Shown here: one piece after another, positions 35,021 to 37,473 of the stretch
Layout of the letters: the number at the start of each line of letters is the position of its first letter
How positions within the stretch are numbered: position 1 is the first letter of the stretch
DNA from: Octopus bimaculoides
Lineage: Eukaryota
DNA length: 37,473 nucleotides
Direction: 5' to 3'
Assembly (NCBI RefSeq): GCF_001194135.2
Contig: NC_069004.1
Coordinates: 23,856,912 to 23,894,384 of the forward strand
Position numbers and translations under genes: made by a program
The notes under the pieces: generated by a model
What the model saw: only the letters and a program-made list of their open reading frames with translations
Databases searched by the model: none
Told to the model about the DNA's origin: nothing

Positions 35021-35326
35021 ACGGAGATGTACTTGCATAGCAAGTGACCTGATCTGAGATCGTGTGCTGGAACGAAAACAATTGCAGCGTGGAAGGTGTT
35101 TATGAGCCATTTAAAATAACACACAAAATCCTTTAGATTCACTTTGAGAGCGCGACCTGTTCACTGACAAAATTCTGTGCTGCACAGAATTTTGTCAATG
35201 AACAGGTCGTGGTCTCAAAGCGACGAAAATATTTTGACAAATTAAATTTAAATGTTGAAGTGAATCTAACGGATTTTGTGTGTTATTTTAAATGGCTCAT
35301 AAACACCTTCCACACTGCAATTGTTT
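35021..35326. mobile_element. Near-perfect palindromic MITE-like element
   Basis: Left arm 35076-35180 pairs with right arm 35182-35326 (5 mismatches in 105 nt) apart from a 40-nt segment present only in the right arm; 1-nt loop at 35181. The extension to 35021 is inferred from composition after the (TA)n. Confidence 0.8.
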
Positions 35327-35362
35327 ATATATATATATATATATATATACATACATACTTAC

Positions 35363-35520
35363 ATAGGTGTGGCTGTGTGGAAAAAGGTTTGCTTGCCAAC
35401 CACATGGTTTCGGGTTCAGTCCCACTGCATGGCACATTGGGCAAACATCTTCTACTATAGCCTTGGACTGACCAAAGCCTTGTGAGTGGTTTGGTAGATG
35501 GAAACTCAAAGAAGCCTGTC

Positions 35521-35600
<80 letters not shown>

Positions 35601-35815
35601 CTTTGTATTTGTGTTTGTCACCCGCCACTGCTTGACAACTGGTGTTGGTTTGTTTATGTCCCTGTAGCTTAGCATTTTGATAATAAAGGTCGAAAGAATA
35701 AGTACCAGGCTTTACAAAAGCAAACAAATTCTAGGTTCAATTCATTCAGCTAAAATTCTTCAAACCAGTGCCCCAGCATAGCCGCAGTTTAATGACTGAA
35801 ACTAGTTAAAAGTGA
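35363..35815 (+). mobile_element. SINE family A, full length
   Basis: Head, internal microsatellite and tail match. Confidence 0.88.
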
Positions 35816-35860
35816 AAAATATAAGCTTGATGAAGCAAACAGAAAAAACGGAACTCAGAA

Positions 35861-36156
35861 CATCGTCATCATCATCGTTTAATGTCCGCTTTCCATGCTA
35901 GCATGGGTTGGACGATTTGACTGAGGACTGGTGAACCGGATGGCTGCACCAGGCGCCAATCAGATCTGGCAGAGTTTCACAGCTGGATGCCCTTCCTAAT
36001 GCCAACCACTCTGAGAGTGTAGTGGGTGCTTTTACGTGCCACCGGCACGAAGGCCAGTCAGGCGGTACTGGCAATGACCACACTCAAAATGGTGTTTTTT
36101 ACATGCCACCTGCACAGGAGCCAGTCCAGTAGCACTAGCAATGACCTCGTTCGAAT
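35861..36156 (-). mobile_element. RTE-type 3' end, young, with (GAT)n tail
   Basis: CATCATCGTTTAATGTCCGCTTTCCATGCTAGC..GCTGGATGCCCTTCCTAATGCCAACC. Confidence 0.8.
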
Positions 36157-36175
36157 ATTGTTTTCATAAATATTT

Positions 36176-36299
36176 AGAAGCAGTAGGAGAGCGAATCAAT
36201 GGCCAAAAGTTTCATGCATTATACTAGTTATTAAACTAGTTTGAAAAGTGCTACTGTGCAAGACTTTTGGCCCTTGAGTCACTCTGTTACTTCTGCTAA
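36176..36299. repeat. Short degenerate fold-back
   Basis: GGCCAAAAGT / ACTTTTGGCC core with imperfect outer arms and an inner ACTAGT..ACTAGT. Confidence 0.7.
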
Positions 36300-36304
36300 G
36301 TATG

Positions 36305-36465
36305 AAGGGGTGACTGTTTGGTAAAAAGCTTGCTTCCCAACCACATGGTCTCAGGTTCAGTCCCACTGCATGGCAGTTTGGGCAAGTATCTTCTACTAAA
36401 GACTCGGGTCAACCAAAGCTTTGTGAGTGGATTTGGTAGACGGAAACTGAAAGAAGCCTGTCATG
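36305..36465 (+). mobile_element. SINE family A, 5' half running into an N gap
   Basis: Head match through GAAAGAAGCCTGTC. Confidence 0.85.
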
Positions 36466-37039
36466 TATACACACACACACACACACACACACACANNNNN
36501 NNNNNNNNNNNNNNNNNNNNNNNNNNNNNNNNNNNNNNNNNNNNNNNNNNNNNNNNNNNNNNNNNNNNNNNNNNNNNNNNNNNNNNNNNNNNNNNNNNNN
36601 NNNNNNNNNNNNNNNNNNNNNNNNNNNNNNNNNNNNNNNNNNNNNNNNNNNNNNNNNNNNNNNNNNNNNNNNNNNNNNNNNNNNNNNNNNNNNNNNNNNN
36701 NNNNNNNNNNNNNNNNNNNNNNNNNNNNNNNNNNNNNNNNNNNNNNNNNNNNNNNNNNNTTTATATACTTATATTTATATATTTGATCCTTTATATTGAA
36801 CACTCAATATTTCATCTACATTCAATACTTTATTTCATGGTGCCATCCATTTTTATTTTATTTTATTTTATATTATATATTGTATATTATATTATATATT
36901 GTATATTCCATATTCTATACCCCACATTAGTTATGCAGGAATATGAATAAAACATAAGAAACAGACAGTGTTGGAACTCTTTTAAACAAAATATATATAT
37001 ATATATATATACATATATATATCTATATATAGCATCCAG

Positions 37040-37260
37040 ATGTCAAAACCATGCCAGCACTGACCTTGCCTGTGTGATTGCCATGTAGAAGTACTCAGTC
37101 CACTCTGCTGGGTTGTTGGTGTCAGGAAGGACATTCAGCCATAGAAACTGTGCCAAAGCAGACACAAAAGTCTGGTGCAGGCTTCTGCCTAGCCAGCTCC
37201 TGTCAAACCGCCCAACCCATGCCAGCATGGAAGGAGGACGTTAAGCAATGATGATGATGA

Positions 37261-37263
<3 letters not shown>
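37040..37263 (+). mobile_element. RTE-type 3' UTR with (GAT)n tail
   Basis: TCAGGAAGGACATTCAGCCATAGAAAC..CCAACCCATGCCAGCATGGAAGG..GATGATGATGAT. Confidence 0.78.
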
Positions 37264-37297
<34 letters not shown>

Positions 37298-37473
37298 TGT
37301 GATGAAGTTGGTATGTGAAAGCACGTGGTTGGATGTATAAAAGATAATAAGAGTGAAAAAACTACAGAAGGCTTGTGTTACTTGGTTAAAGTATATATTT
37401 AAATTATGTCAGAAAAATGTTATAAAGTTTATATACCAAAAAGATTTTATAACATTTTTCTAACATTTTTCTG

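Overview
Repeat-dominated eukaryotic DNA, most likely from an octopus (inferred from my recollection of octopus tRNA-derived SINE families and the very high microsatellite density; not confirmed by a search), with seven N gaps. The only host-gene sequence I can support is a 90-nt internal coding exon of Integrator subunit 13 (INTS13/asunder) at 16183-16272 (+), absent from the ORF track, so the window is probably mostly INTS13 intron. The remainder is transposon debris: a full-length but inactivated Chapaev3-like DNA transposon (1909-4042, TAA target duplication), a piggyBac-like MITE, three Tx1-clade LINE relics, R4/Dong LINE 3' ends nested in (AAT)n, RTE 3' ends, a mariner derivative made of two inverted 5' ends, a truncated Ty3/Gypsy element (LTR-PBS-gag-PR-RT), about 28 SINE copies or fragments and many microsatellites. 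Most ORF-track entries are microsatellite artefacts. Best leads: a type I hammerhead ribozyme motif (12973-13039, minus strand) inside an inverted duplication; a 5-kb nest of retroelements each bounded by (AAT)n; and several long fold-back elements, two of which have mismatches skewed toward G.U pairs on the INTS13 sense strand. I see no evidence of a wholly new gene system. Repeat boundaries are approximate (about 10-20 nt) unless stated otherwise.
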